Assembly: GCA_024679065.1 (NCBI GenBank)
Contig: JAGIQG010000043.1
Location: 2,170,001-2,234,000 of the forward strand
DNA from: Sphyrna mokarran
Taxonomy: Eukaryota
Length of the DNA: 64,000 bases
Direction: 5' to 3'
A program made the position numbers and the translations under genes. The notes under the pieces were generated by a model, which did not search any database, had not been told where the DNA came from, and saw only the letters and a list, made by a program, of their open reading frames with translations. How positions within the stretch are numbered: the stretch's first letter is position 1; each line of letters begins with the position of its first letter. Shown one piece after another: positions 9,201-23,728 of the stretch.

Positions 9201-11896
9201 TAGTTGGAGAGACTCGGCTCTGAGTGCACAGACTCAGAGTAAAGGGTTGACCCTTTCGCACCGAGAAGAGATTCCCTCAGCCAGAGAGACGTTAATCTGT
9301 GGAATTCATTGCCACAAAAGGCCGTGAAGGCCAAGTCATTGAGCGTATTTAAAACAGTGATAAGTAGGCTTTGGACAAGAGATAGATTGGCAAGTGGTTC
9401 AAAAGTGTAGAGGAAAAGGCGGGAGAGTGGGGTTGAGAAACATATCAGCCATGACCGAATGGCAGAGCAGACCCGATGGGCAGAATGACGTAATTAAGTT
9501 CTTTTATCTTATGGACTTATTGCTCGGCAATATGTATTAACCAGCTATATCATCCGATTGAGTTGTCCTTGTAAAATATTATAGTATAGAATTATATATT
9601 ATAGAAGTGTAAAACACTTCGATGTTGTGCTGGACATGACAGGAGTTAAAGTAATCCCTTTTGTCTTACCTTCGTCCATATCCTCTGTTTCTTGAATATT
9701 CATACCATTATCTAAAAGCCCCTTAAACGCCACTTTCAGACCTACCTCCAACACCACCCCAGACAGCGCGTTCTGGACAACTATTACTCGCCGTGTAAAC
9801 AATTTACTCCTCGCACCTCCTTTGAACTTTCCCTCTCTCACCTTAAGTATTTGACATCTCAAATCTGAGAAAAATTATTTTGAGTGCCAACTCTATTCAT
9901 GACTATTATAATTTTTATAGACGTCTATCAGGTCTCCCCTCAGTCTTCAATGCCCCATTGAAAACAGCTTCTGCATCTTCTGTGTGGTTCTCCTTGTGCT
10001 ACATCAACAGTGCTAAATAGGAGCGAGGACCATCAATTTGACCACGCCGCAGTGAAGTAACGGCAATAGGTTTCAAATATATTGCGTCTGATTGGGAGGG
10101 GAGTTGATGGCGATGGTGTACACCATCTCTTTGTCCTTCTCTTTGTCCTTCAGGGCCAAGAAGGTTTGGATTTGCAAAGTGAATGACAGGAATATAAATT
10201 GAATGTACAAGTATATACGATGATCCATTCTGAAAAAAGGCTTTGTTTTTACAGTTATTGTTATAGAAACATCGGCAATATAAGCAAGAAGTGGCCATTT
10301 GGCATTTTGAACCTGTTCGGCCGTTCATTTTGGTCAAGGCTGATCATCAAATTCAATGTCCCGAATTCCCCCTTTCCCCTCATATTCCTCTTTTGATCTA
10401 AAAGCTATTTCTTCTAATTCCTCGAACTCCATTTTGAAATCACAAAAGTTTTTGGCCTCAACAACAGTCTGTGGTAGTGAGTTTCACTACCTGGGTGAAG
10501 ACATCCCTCTCCATCTCAGTTCTAAAAAGTTTACCTGATGGAACTTTCTATGTTACAACGAGACCCCCTCTTACTCTCCTAAACTCTGAAGAATTCAATC
10601 CAAACCGACTTAGTCTCTCCCCACTTGACAGACCTGTTATCTCAGGAATCAACCTGGTCCACCTTCGCTGTTCTTCCTGTAAAGCAAGGACATGCTTCCC
10701 TCAAATAAGGCAACCAGAATTGTACACAACACTCTAGATTTTTTTTAAAATCACATAATGTTTTGGTCTCAGCTCCTTTATGTGATAGTGAGTTCTACAC
10801 ATTCAACACTCTTTGGGTGAGGAAATTTCTCCTCACTTCAGTCCAAAAACTGGGGCGGTACGGTGGCATAGTGATTAGCACTGATGCTTCACAGCATCAG
10901 GGACCTGTGTTTGATTCTCGGTTTTCCTCACTGTCTTTATGGAATGTACACGTTCTCCCTTTGTCTGCGAGGGTTTCCTCCGGATGCTCTAATTTCCTCT
11001 CACATACTGAAAGACATACTAATTCGGTGCATCGACCTGAACAGGCGCCCGGCTGTGGTGGTAGTGGGGTGGGGGAGGGAGGGATTTCAAATTTCACAGC
11101 AAGTTGTTTGCAGTGTTAATATAAGCTTTACTACTAAGACTAATAAATTAACTTTAAACTTGAATAGGTTTACCAATATCTTCAGAAATGATCTGTCGGT
11201 AATGACATAACCTGCTTGCACAGAAACTGTAAAATACTGGATGGGCTGTGGGTGGATTCAATTGAAATAACTGCACAGTTGCAGCCCAAGTTATTTCGAT
11301 GCTCCTTGTACGTCGAGAATATGCTGCCCGCTATTTGGCACAATACTTTTTTGTGAGTAAGTCTGGATATCTTTGACTTGTCTTCCAAGCTGGGCCTTGA
11401 AGAAACACATGGACTTAGTCGCGCATTCATGAGGGCATCGTACATACTTGGCCTTTGTTCATTTTATCAAAGCTGGTAGCAGGCAGTCTGCTGCTTCCAG
11501 TTTCAAGCTGAGAGGCAAGATGTGTCATCCCCAGGCAGCTCTCTGCGTGCACCGTCTCAATTGTAAAAACAAGCAAACCACTGAGAGTTTCTGGCTCGAA
11601 TAATTTTCCATCAGTGGTTTAAAGTGGATAGAATCTTGGCTAGTGATTTGCGCCCCTCGATATCCTCTGCACACCGCAGAACATGCGAGCCGTCCTTGTG
11701 TGGGTGGAAGCAAGGAGCCGTGGACAGAGACAACGCGCATCTTTGCTGCCACACCAAACCGTCCGTTACAGGGGCGACTGGCTCGCTTCATTTTCATTCT
11801 ATTTTATGCACTTATGCAGGACAGTTCAGACACAGTTCCCAGAGGTCAGAAGCCAATCTACAAATTCATTCTACAAATCTCTTCATTTTAAAGGAG

Positions 11897-12240
11897 AAGC
11901 GATGGCCGAGTAGCATTATCGCTGGACTATTAATCCAAACACTCAACTGCTGTTCTGGTGACCCTGGTTCTAATCCCGCCACGATAGCTGGAGGTATATT
12001 CATTCAATAGAAGGTATCTGGAATTCAAAATCTACTATGACCATGAAACCATTGTCTATTATCAGGTAATACCCCCAAATTTCCTTAATACCCTTTAACG
12101 AAGGAAATCTGCTCCCCTTATCAGTTCTGGCCTATATGTGACTCCAGACACATAGCAATGTTGTTGAGTCTCAACTGCCCTCGAGCAGCTAGGGATAGGC
12201 AACAATTTCTGGACAGCGAGCGATGCCCAAGTCCCATGAA
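11897..12240 (+). mobile_element. Second tRNA-derived SINE family
   Basis: gatggccgagtagcattatcgctggactattaatcc...ctggttctaatccc head; related copies at ~62955-63290 and, reversed, ~43225-43420. Confidence 0.5.
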
Positions 12241-15200
12241 TATGTGATTCTTTTGAGGCAACGCGCGTTCCCCATCATTGTACTGAATATTATATGTGAC
12301 AGGGGTTCCTGAGGGGTATTAGAGAAAATACAAATTTCACTGAATTCACTGCAGAACTAGGTCATATTTCTAATGAGAGAATCCAATAAGCATCAACATT
12401 TGCCCCATTAACAGGTCCAAGTGTTTTGCCTGTTAGAATGATGCATAATAGCCCTTTGCAATAGCTGCCACATTGATCGGGATTCTATTCTTTATTCTCA
12501 TTCGGATTTGAAGTCTTAAGACAGCTGATAAGGCTGATGTTTAGAAGGCACATTGTAAAATTAAAATTTGTATTGGTTTGAAACACCACTTGTAATTCAT
12601 TTGCTTCTCCCCTCCCTCCACCGGAAATCTGAGTGAACACACCGGCCAAGGAAAAGTGAGCGAATGATCCATTTCATAATGTTGATTAGTAACTTCGTTA
12701 CTCTTTTGGTCGAGAACTTCAACTTTCTTGTGTCCAGATCACCAGCAATCTGTCCTGGTCCCTTCATGCCGAAGATATGGTTAGGGAAGCCCACCAACCG
12801 CTCTACTTTCTCAGATGGCTAAAGAAATTCGACATTTCTGCGCGGCCTCTCACCAACTTTTACAGATGCATCATAAAAAGAAACATCCTTTCCGGATTTC
12901 ACACAGGTTGGTACGGCTGCAGCTCTGACCAACACTGCAAAAACTACAAATGGTTGTGAATGAGGCCAACTGCATTTTACTGTTGTCAGATAATTTAATC
13001 AAATCTGATGAACTCATTTAACTGTCATATTGGCACTTCCTGGAATATTCTGGGGTGCATCATCCACTGGCCACTTCTAATTGAAGTTTGTTACAGCAGT
13101 TTCATCCTTGCATTATTCACTGATGTGCTGGGTTCCCCGTCATTGAGCTTAGATATATGATTGGAACTTCCTAACCCATTAAGTATCGCAGTTAATACCT
13201 CCATTCCCTACTGAATGGAGGAGGACAGCAGTTGACAGTGATTTGCTTTAGTTCTGTCTATCGCATGCTGCGTTCGCTGTTTGGAACGCAAGACTTCGTG
13301 TGCTGCACTTTAACGACGTTACATTCTATTTTTAAGGTTCTCCCCCGGTCAATACATCCTTCAAGTGAATTTCAAGATGGAGGAGTATTGATGCATGAGC
13401 TGAGGCGGACAGTATGAGGCAAATAGCAGAACGTTTTCTTGTCCATGGATGTGCTGTTGGCAAGTGACGTGCTCCAGAGACGTTGGGAACTCAGTGCATA
13501 AATCTGCGATTCTATCTGTGTTCAGCCTTTGTAGTACTGCAGCGCCACCTCAGGGATGGCGTTGGTAATATCTAAGATTTCCTCCACCTGACCTGATTTC
13601 CTGAGTATGCTGATTTCCTGAGCATGCCGATTTACAGCTTTTTGTTTTCCTATTCGGGGGTAGGGGGTCAGCCGAGGTGGCTGGGGGAGGGGTAGTAGGG
13701 AGGGGTCGGGAAAGATATAGGTACGGAATGCATTTCCTCTAAACTTAGAAGAGAACCCTCCCCATCCCTCAGATGTTATTAGGGTGTGCTTTGAAGGGTC
13801 AACTTTGCATTTTTTTCTGCTGTTGTTTTCGATGTCTCTATGAATGTGGGGCGATGTTTCCTGATCTATTCTTATTGCACCATTTTTATACAATGGGGTG
13901 ACATAAAAACTATCTCAAAGGCCCGGAATCATAAGTGGCCAATGTAAGACTGGCCGCAGAGTGACCATTTCATACCCTAAATGTTTCTTTATGACGACCG
14001 ATCACGGTTTCGGAGTCTGTATAACTGGGAGATGTTTTTGGACTGTAACTACAATTACTTCCGTTATCAACTGAAATTTAATTCCACATTTTCCGAATTC
14101 TATTGAATATCCCAAACGGGTAGAGGTGAGAACATCGGAGTGGCAGCGCAGGCTCGTTGGACCGAAGGGCCTGTTTCCCGTGTTGTTTTGCTTTTTGTTC
14201 TTTGATTTGTCTGCATATGTCGAAGGATGTGACCATCGGCGGACTGTGTCCGGTTTAACAATTCAAATGGTGTATCTTCTCTTAAATGACATTCTGATTT
14301 AAATATTAATGGCATGGTTTTTCATGTGAAATATTTCATGACCAACATTCATCCCAATTTGCCTATGATTCACCTACCGGTTTCATGTTCCATGCTAAAC
14401 AACTGAACTGATTTGAGGCTGATTTGACTCCTACACATGTGCATCAGCGGGGGTGAACAACCAGACACTTAAAACGCTTTTCTTCATTGAACAAAGACCG
14501 ATATGAAGACAAGAAGGAGGCTAGAAGTTAAGTGGATTATCTAAGATTTCCAAACGGATCCACTGCAGTCACGGACAGGAACTAAATGGTCAATCTAAAT
14601 ATCAAAGAATCTCAACAAACAACTAAACAATGTTAAGATAATGGGTTATTATTAGTAATATCGATAATAATAATTTTAGAAAGACATGATTGATTTCAAT
14701 ATGTTTGGTACTTTCCACGGACGGGCGAGTTTGAGAATCCCTGGGACCTTACATAAACACTGGATGGCTTGTGGGAATATGACTGGATTTATTTTAGAGA
14801 TTAAGTTGCTATAGGATCTGCACCCTAAAGGTATGTTTATTTATGAGTCTAACCAGGGAAGAATCTTTGCTGGAAAATATTCTGTAAAATTAACGTTCAT
14901 GGTGTAATGTAATCTGTGTGTAACTTTTGAATCATTTCTAATAAATGGATAACTTTAACATTTAAAAGCATCAGTCTTGTTGTGGAATTTCTAGCACCTG
15001 ATCTTGTACATCTACCTTCTTGTAGAAAGGGACAAGTAAAAGACGGATGCAATGATGTGATTTGTTATTGTCACATATATTAGGATGCAGTGAAATATAT
15101 TATTTTTTGCGCACCATACAGACAAAACATACCATTCAAAGAGTATGTGGAGGTAAGGAAAATAGAGGGTGCAAAATACAATGCTGCAGTTATCGAATTT

Positions 15201-17849
15201 GTGTGGACAAAGTTCAGCTTAATATGTGATAGGACCATTCTAAAATCCGATTGCATCAGGGAAGAAGCTGTCATGTCCCGTGCAGAATGTCCAGGATGCG
15301 TTGGGTCCTTAGTAATGCTGGCTCCTTTCCTTAGGCAGCGGGAAGTGTGGACAGAGCCAATGGATGGGAGGCTGGTTTGCATGACGGACTGAGCGACGTT
15401 CACGACTCATGATAATTTCTTGCGGTCTTGGAGCAGGACACATAACAAGCTGTGATACATAGAAAATTGATGCTTTCCATGGATCTTCCATTTTCCATGG
15501 AACTTTGATGAGTTCCACAGTGGACATAACGAATTTCCATTGCCTCTTGAACTGTATTTTGCACTTTTGGTGATGTCCATTTTGAAATGATGCGATGTGC
15601 TTCCAGATATTTTATCAATAAAGTATATTTTTGTAACACACGAAAATAAGGGAACAGCCTCCATGTTGATGAGGCCCAAGGCACCCAATATGATTGACAG
15701 CGTCATCTATTCCATGGCGGTTCTGACTCTGTTTTCTTTGAAGTGCGGAGATCTCTTTCTTGACACTGCATTCCTGTTTAGAAACGGTTCCTGCCAAGAT
15801 CATCCCACCTCAGTCCATCAGATTATCAGGGAGCTATTCCAGAATCTGAATCAGCATCATCCCTGCAGTTTATTTCTCTGTCAAAAGGTACATTGACTCC
15901 CACTGCCATTCGTGGCAAAGAACAGAAAATGAGAATTATTTGAAGTAATTGAACATGTCAGAACGCCCCGAAAGAGGATGCATCCGCTCCATCTCCATTT
16001 TATCCATACTTTCATCATGTTATACCCCTGAATTTGATTTCCCCTCATTCTTCTCAGTTCTGGCGAGTATATGCCTAAACGTTTCAATCTCTCTTTATCC
16101 CTTCATCACTGGAATAAGCCTAGTGAATCCCCTCTGAACTGCGTCCAATATCACTACAACAATCTTCAAATAAAGGAAAGGAAACTGGTCACAATACTCC
16201 AGGTGCGGCCTCAACAATGCCTTGTCTAGTTACATCAATACTTCCTTACCATTCTATTCTATTCATTTAGCTGCAGACTGATTTCTATGTCGTTTTTCAT
16301 GACAGCACTGATCTCTTTAACCAAATGTTGTGACTGCCTCCTGAAAGAACGGCTGGTTGAGATTCTGGAAATCAATGCCTGAAGGAAGAGTACCTTACAA
16401 CGTTTAAGATGTATTTAGATGCCCACTTGCGATGCACAAGGTATATAAGAAAACGGGCCAAGTTCTGCAAAAGTTAATAGGATAGTTAGGTGGTTTGTCT
16501 CTGTCTGACACAGACACGATGGACTGAAGGGCATTTCCTGTGCAATTTACCTTTATGACTCCATTTGAATGTATTCTTTAAGATGGATGCCTGCTGAGAA
16601 ATATATGCCTCCATCCCACACCCCTTAAATCCCAAATGAAACGAATGCCCTATTCTCCGAGTCATATCCTAGGTGTAAAATTCCTCCTTCTCTTCGTGAA
16701 TATCTCAGTATTATCCTCCAATGACTGCGTCCTCAGGCTGTAGTCTGCGGATTGACTGTTAAAGAGCTCACATGGAACAGAACTGCACAGTACAGGCCCT
16801 TCGGCCCTCAGTGTTGTGCCGAGCCATGCCGAATCCCAAGATCAAGCTGTCCCCGCCATGTGCCTATCCAATAACGGCTTGAAAGTATCCGACTCCACTA
16901 TCACAGCAGGCAGTCTATTCCACATCCCAACCACTCTCTTAGTAAAGAACCTATCCCGAACATCCTTCCTGTATCTCCCACTATGAATTTTATAGTTATG
17001 CCCCTAGTAACAGCTACATCACCAGAGAAAATAGTCTCTGCACTTCCACTCAATCCCCTTCATCATTTTATAAACCTCTATTAAGTCGCCTCTCATCCTC
17101 CTCCGCTCCAAAGAGGAAAAAGCCCAGCTCTTTCAACCCTTCCTCAAAAGACCTCACAATGGAGACTGCTATACAAAACAAGTGAGTGAGAATTAGAAAC
17201 TCAATCATCAATAGACATCTGCTCACCTTATAGTTATCATGAAACAGCCAATTGGATTATTTTAACTCAAACACTAATTCATTATTAACATTTTTTTCCT
17301 GCTTTCACAAAAGGGATGGTTGGCGTGGGCGTCTTGTGCTATTTTATCTTGCAAGGGAATGCGACCTCCACTGGCAAGGTGAATGCGTATCGTCTGCCCT
17401 AATTGCTTCCCGAGATGGTTGTGATTTCCTTCTTGAGCCGCTGATTTCCCTGTGGTGTATGTATAGGGAGGTATACAAAATTGTCTCCCAGCGACAGTGA
17501 AGGGAGAGTGATCTATTTCCAAATAAGAATGGTGTGAGACTTGGAGGGAAATCTCCAAGTGCTGGTGTCCCCTCGCGCCTGCTATCCTTGTCCTCCTTGT
17601 TAATCGAAGGACAAGTGTAACAGACGGATGAAAATTGTTTTCAATGCGGAAAATTGCTGCAGTGCATCTTGCCCATGGTGCTCACGGCTGTCATTTTGCA
17701 TTGGTGGAAGAGGGAGTGGATGTTTATTGTGTGTGTAGCAATCAGGTCGGGCTGCTTTACCCACCTGACCAATCCTTCACATTGCCCATGTTTTTTTGCC
17801 TGCTGGAACGGAATGTCTCAGCAGTGGAGGAGTTTTGAATGGATCATAG

Positions 17850-18260
17850 TTCATCGATATTTAGCCTGTAGGTGACAATTAGAAGTGGGAACAATCTTCG
17901 ATTCATCTGGACTCAGGAGTTAAAAGTACAACGAGAGGGATGGTTGCTTTTGATTCCGGATTATGATTCAATAGCTCAGAATGGAATCCTGTCAAGGTCA
18001 GTTCCATTAAGTTGGACAAGTATTGGAGAAGGGCGGTATTGTCAACCCTGCTGCTGGCTACATGTGGAGAATGATGTGGACGGAGAGATTATCGCAGTCA
18101 CTAACAAATGATATGTGTTGCTTTGAAATGGATCCTGGCCTGTGAAGGCAACTGATTGGAGAACGGCAGAAATGGAATTGTGGTGAAGTTGAGTGTGGAA
18201 ACGAAATCTTATAGCATATTGGAGGGCGTCGGAAAGGAAAGGGATGTTGGTGATGGGATG
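17850..18260 (-). mobile_element. Degenerate L2-like LINE RT relic
   Basis: Minus strand reads PITNIPFLS...FHTQLHHN...LQS, resembling the L2 RPISNLPFLSK...QSGFR block. Confidence 0.4.
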
Positions 18261-18384
18261 TTAAATTAGAAGGACAAAGCTTTTAAGGGTCTAATTCTGG
18301 ATTGAAGTGAGAACAGCGTATTTGCAATGAGGGACAATTACCAAGGGAGCGATCTGTTTCTAATATAGGCTCTGTAAGAAGTCC

Positions 18385-18660
18385 CAGAACACCACATCGA
18401 AGTCAAACAGGTTTATGTGGTAGCACAAGCCACGAGCTTTCGGAGCGCTGCTCCTTCATCAGGTAAACGGGAGTTCTGATCACAAACATGACATATAAAG
18501 ATACAAATTCCATTGCTAAAGTAATGGTTGGAATGCGAGTCTTTACAGGTAATCAAGTCTTAAAGGTACAGAAAATGTGAGTGGTGAGAGGGTTAAGCAC
18601 AGGTTAAAGAGGTATGTATTGTCTCCAGCAGGACAGTTAGTGAGATTTTAGAAGTCTGGT
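18385..18660 (-). mobile_element. Penelope-like element terminal-repeat fragment with hammerhead-ribozyme-like core
   Basis: Minus strand TAC-CTGATGA-A-GGAGC-AGC-GCTCC-GAAAGCTC-GTG; a related fragment lies at ~44110-44450 (+). Confidence 0.55.
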
Positions 18661-20129
18661 GGTAAATGCGGGGTCACTGTTAACATTTAAGAGAAACTTG
18701 GACAGGTTCATGGATGGGAGGGGTGTGGAGGGATATGGTCCAAGTGCAGGTCAGTGAAACTAGGAAAAAATGATTCGGCACAGACAAGAAGTGCCAAAAG
18801 GCCTGTTCCTGAGCTTTAAATTTTCTATGCTTTATATGGTTTCTAAGTGAAGACAAGTCGTGAGAATTACAAATGATGCAGGCTCAATTTTGTATGAAAC
18901 TGTCTTCCCACTAACAGATCCGCTGGAACAACACTTGCTGTTGTTCTCCCGCAATCGAGCATAAAACGTGCCATCCGGTCTCCTAAGTATGCCACCAGTT
19001 GCTTTGTCATACAATCATTGAAGTCTTGAACCATACGTTGCACCAGCCTTTGAGCGAAAAGTGATCATGCGCTGCTAAAATATTTTGGTAATCTTTGGAG
19101 AGCATGCATTGCTAGGAATCATTGCTAGTAAAGTTCTAGCCGTTTGTGGGAACCACAATCCGAGTATTCCATATACACTAGCACCTTGACATTACATCTA
19201 GATCACTGCCTGGGAAATAGTGTAGTCCTCTCGGGGCACCTGCAACCCTTTAAGCAGGAGTGCACCATGATTTAACCCAAAGAGCTCATAAATGTCCACA
19301 GGTACTCATGGCCCTTCCAGAGCACTCCCAGATGAGTAGGAAAGCATCAACTTTAACTATCCGGATTCCAGATCGCTGTTCCTGAAGATATTTGTAGGCT
19401 GACAATAAAGTAGAGTTATATCAGGACAGAGACTTTGGGAAGAAAGGGAGATGGGATTGGTGGTCGGTGGAGAAGGAGTGTGGAATTGCCTTATCCACTT
19501 GTAGAAGCCTAATAGGTGTTACAAAGAACAAAGAACAACACCGCACGGGAAACAGGCCCTTCGGCCCAATGAGCCTGCGCCACCATTTTAACATTGTGAG
19601 TGCCCTTTTCCACCCATGACCTTTGTCTACGCCTATTGGGGAAGATTTAGGGAAGACTAATTTAGGGACAATTTGATAACACCAATAGTATTTCTGTTTG
19701 GTAGCTAATTAAATAAATCATCCGAAACTGTTGATGAAAGCCCTGGACACCAAATACAACCCAAGCTCTGACAAAGGGTTGTCCAGAACAGTCAGCTCAG
19801 AAACTTTGTTCCTATTCTCCCTCCACTGATGGTGTCAGACCTGCTGAGATTTTCCAGAATTTCCTGCTTTTATTTCAGATTCCAGCACTAAATTGCTTTC
19901 GGCCACTTTATTAGAAGTGGCTTTACAACTCTCCTCGGCTCCTGGAATCTGTAGGGTCGGCTTATTTGCCCATCACCTTTTGAGAATTCATTCTGTTGAC
20001 TATTTATAGCTGAAATCGCAACAGTAGCCATTTGCTCAACTGTAGAATTACTAGTTTTCTGAGTCTGCTCAGATGCAGACGTGTAGGGTCATGGTCACAA
20101 AGCCTTATCGTTGCAGATGTCACCATTGT

Positions 20130-21243
20130 AGATGCCAGATCAGCCTTCTCGAAATTGGACCTACGGAAAGCGATGGACTGGGATGGGGTACCAGGATGAG
20201 CACTCAGATCCTGTGCAGATCAGGTGGCGGGAATATTCGCAGACATCTTCAGTCTCTCTTTTCAATAGCCTGATGTCCCTATCTTCTTCAAGAAGACAAT
20301 CACCAACCCGCTACCAAAGTAAAGCCTTAATAAAGCGTGAGGCCCCTATTTACTTCTAGAAGACAATCACCAACCCACTACCAAAGCGTGCCTTAATAGC
20401 TATCGTCAGGTGGTCTGACATCCATCACTATGAAGATCTTTGAAAGGCTAGTCATGACATAATCAATTCCAGCCTCCCAGACTGTCGGGATCGACGACCG
20501 TTTTCCTATCATGCAACCGCTCCGCAGCAGACGTTATCTCTCTAGCCATGCACTCAATCCTGGAACACCGAGGTAACAAAGGCAACTATGTCAGGCTCCT
20601 TTTTTATTGACTACCGCTGAGCCGTCAATACCATTATTTCTACCGAGCACATCTCCAATCTCAATGGCCTGGGCCACGCCCCCGCCTTCTGCCCCTGAAT
20701 CCTGAACTCACTAATCCACAGACCACACAGCTTCAACACCGGTGCCCCACAAGGCTGTGTTCTCAGCCCCCTACTATTTGTATATACACCTATGACTGTG
20801 TGGCCAAATTACCCTCCAACTCCATTTTTCGAGTTTGCTCACTGTCGTGAGTCGGATCTCAAACAATGACGAGACAGAGTTACAGGAATGATATAGAAAC
20901 TCTGGTGAACTGATGCGGCAATAATTATCTCTCCCTCACTGTCAACAAAACGAAGAAAATTGTCATTGACTTCAGGAAGTGTAGCAGAGAACATGCCCCG
21001 GTCAATATCAGTGGGGACGAATTTAAACGAGTCAAGACCATTCCTGACATAGCTTTTCTGCTACCATCAGACTTTGAATGGACCTACCTTGTATTCAGTT
21101 GATCTTTGTATAACCCTAGCTCTGACAGTAACACTGCAATCTCACCGTCTCCTTTCTTTCTCTAGTGCTTTGTCTGTAGAGCGCATATGAAACAATATCT
21201 TTCACTGTATACTCATACATGTGACAATAATAAATCCAATCAA
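20130..21243 (+). mobile_element. Rex1/Babar-type LINE RT relic with 3' tail
   Basis: Decayed LTSITMKIFERLV, NTGAPQGCVLSPLL and VNKTKKIVIDFRK blocks; tail ...catgtgacaataataaatccaatc. Confidence 0.75.
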
Positions 21244-21249
21244 CACATC

Positions 21250-22653
21250 GGCCCGCACACAGCCAGAATCCCTATGCCTCCGTCACATGCACGCGCACAG
21301 ACTCACACACAAGCAGAATTTCTCTCGCACACAGGCACATCTAGGGTCATTCTCGCTCACTCACTCACACGCGCACATTTTAAACACGCAAACACACACA
21401 CTTTTACCAATGTACCTTCTGTTGGATACTGTCAGAATAACACAAACAATGCGCGCGCGCACACACACACACACACAGACATAATCTTTATCGTTCTCTC
21501 TCCCCATCACACAAACATAGTTTTATCAATCCAGCCTGTGCTTGATAATGTTAGAATCACACACCCCCGCAGACACAGAGACAGCCATAATTTTTCTCTG
21601 TTTGTTTTTCTCTTTCACAGATACATGCACACACAAAGAAACACACATGGCTTTACCAATCTACCCTCTGCTGGATAATTTCAGAATAACACACACACAC
21701 ACACATACACGCACACACACGCAAAACATACACACACATAGCAAAATCTCTCTCTCTCATTCTCTCTCTCACAGACACACACACACGCACAAAACATAGA
21801 CACACGCATGTACCAATCCAGCTTTTCCTGATAATATCAGAATCACATACCCACCAAGACATACAGATAGCCAGAATTCCTCTCAACCTCTCTCTCTGTT
21901 TCTCTTACCCTCTCGTACACAAAAGTACATACACCTTAACCAATCTACCCTCGGCTGTGTAACGTCAGAATCTCTGTCTCTCTCTCTCACACGCACACAC
22001 ACTCACACACGCACACACACACACACACACACACAGACATCATCTTTTTCGTTCTCTCTCCCCATCACACCAACATAGTTTTATCAATCTAGCCTATGCT
22101 TGATAATGTTAGAATCATACACCCCCGCAGACACAGAGACAGCCACAATTTATCTCTGTCTGTCTGTTTTTCTCTTTCACAGATACATGTACACACAAAG
22201 AAACACACATGCCTTTACCAATCTACCCTCNNNNNNNNNNNNNNNNNNNNNNNNNNNNNNNNNNNNNNNNNNNNNNNNNNNNNNNNNNNNNNNNNNNNNN
22301 NNNNNNNNNNNNNNNNNNNNNNNNNNNNNNNNNNNNNNNNNNNNNNNNNNNNNNNNNNNNNNNNNCTACCAATCCAGCCTTTCCTGATAATATCAGAATC
22401 ACATACCCCCTAGACACACAGATAGCCACATTCCTCTCATCTCTGTCTCTGTTTCTCTTACCCCTCTCCGTACAAAAAGTCATACACCTTAACCAATCTA
22501 ACCCTCGGCTGTGTAACGTCGAATCTCTCTCTGTCTCTCTGTCTCTCTGTCTTCTCTCTCTGTCTCTTTCTTCTCATCTCGCTCTCTCTCCTCTCGTTCA
22601 TCTTCTCTCTCTCTCACAACACACACACCTACAGCAAAACTCACACACACACA

Positions 22654-22720
<67 letters not shown>

Positions 22721-22800
22721 CTTTAACACTCTTCCCACTACTGGATGATGTCAGGAACAGACATGTACAAATCCACAATCTCTGCTGGGACTGTCAGAAT
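21250..22800. repeat. Higher-order compound satellite (~40-bp core alternating with CA/CT microsatellite), with N gap 22231-22365
   Basis: Core tt(t/a)accaatc(t/c)a(c/g)cc...gataat.tcagaat recurs about 11 times; ~558-bp second-order period. Confidence 0.75.
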
Positions 22801-23206
22801 TTCATTGGACGCGATATTACAGGAAACAACTTTGCTTAAGATTATTTCATTGTGTGTTGAGTGTGTCACATGCATTTCACATCACGTTGAAAGTAAGATT
22901 TCAGTCTCCACTCGCAGTGGTTCCATTCATATTGAATCCGTTTGTGATTCGCCTCTCTTTGATTAGCAGCGTTTTCAATACAGCAACACCCACCTCTCAG
23001 TAAAGAGTCCGGTGCTGCAAACCCGCCCTAAACCTGTAAAACATTTCATATTAGGGAAATATATAAATACAGAAATTTGACTCCTATCTGTTTATTCACT
23101 GGGCATCAAACACGTATCTGCTTTCACTGGGGATGATGATTAATAAGAAAATAATAAAATTGGATTAAATAAGATTACTTTTCAAATTAAAATATCTAGT
23201 CAGTAA

Positions 23207-23530
23207 ACAAAGAACAAAGAACAAAACAGCATGGGGGAACAGGCCCCTGGGCCCAAAGAGACCGCGCTGCCACCCCGATGTTCCCACCTCTACCCGCAAT
23301 CCCTGTCCGTGTTTATAGATCTATGGATTAAAAACCAAATTTGAGACAATTTAGGGAGAATTTGTTTTGCCAATTAGCCTAAGAGCACATCTTTGGGATG
23401 TGGGAGGAAACCGGAGCACCCGGAGAAAACCACGCAAGCACGGGGAGAATGTGCAAACTCCCACAGACACAGGCCCAAATCCATGTACCTGCACAGCACA
23501 GCGATAGTCACTGAGCTGTCGTGTTGCCCA
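23207..23530 (-). mobile_element. V-SINE
   Basis: gggaggaaaccggagcacccggagaaaaccacgc...ggggagaatgtgcaaactccac central domain with (aaagaac)n tail. Confidence 0.7.
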
Positions 23531-23728
23531 TCAAATGGTCCAGGTCAAGCGTACACTAACGACGTGAAGCACTAGGATACTCAAAAAAAACCCAAGAGCA
23601 GCCCTCTCACGACCCATCTCGTTAGACAACAAGGTGGACCAAAGCACCTGTAGAATAAAAACAAGTACATCAGTATCATCATCTATTTACACACTTCCCA
23701 GGGACTCCAAAGGCTCATGATCCCTATT

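Larger units (their letters stand above)
1..12963 (+). repeat. Segmental duplication, copy 1
   Basis: Colinear with 49695-64000 in unique sequence and shared old repeats; homology reaches both window edges. Confidence 0.93.

Noticed and set aside
15400-15900. Possible Gypsy integrase relic (GIDDAVNHIGC...PW...AH...SKW) with LTR-like sequence at ~14440-15030
   Set aside because: Resemblance is too degraded to support without a profile search.
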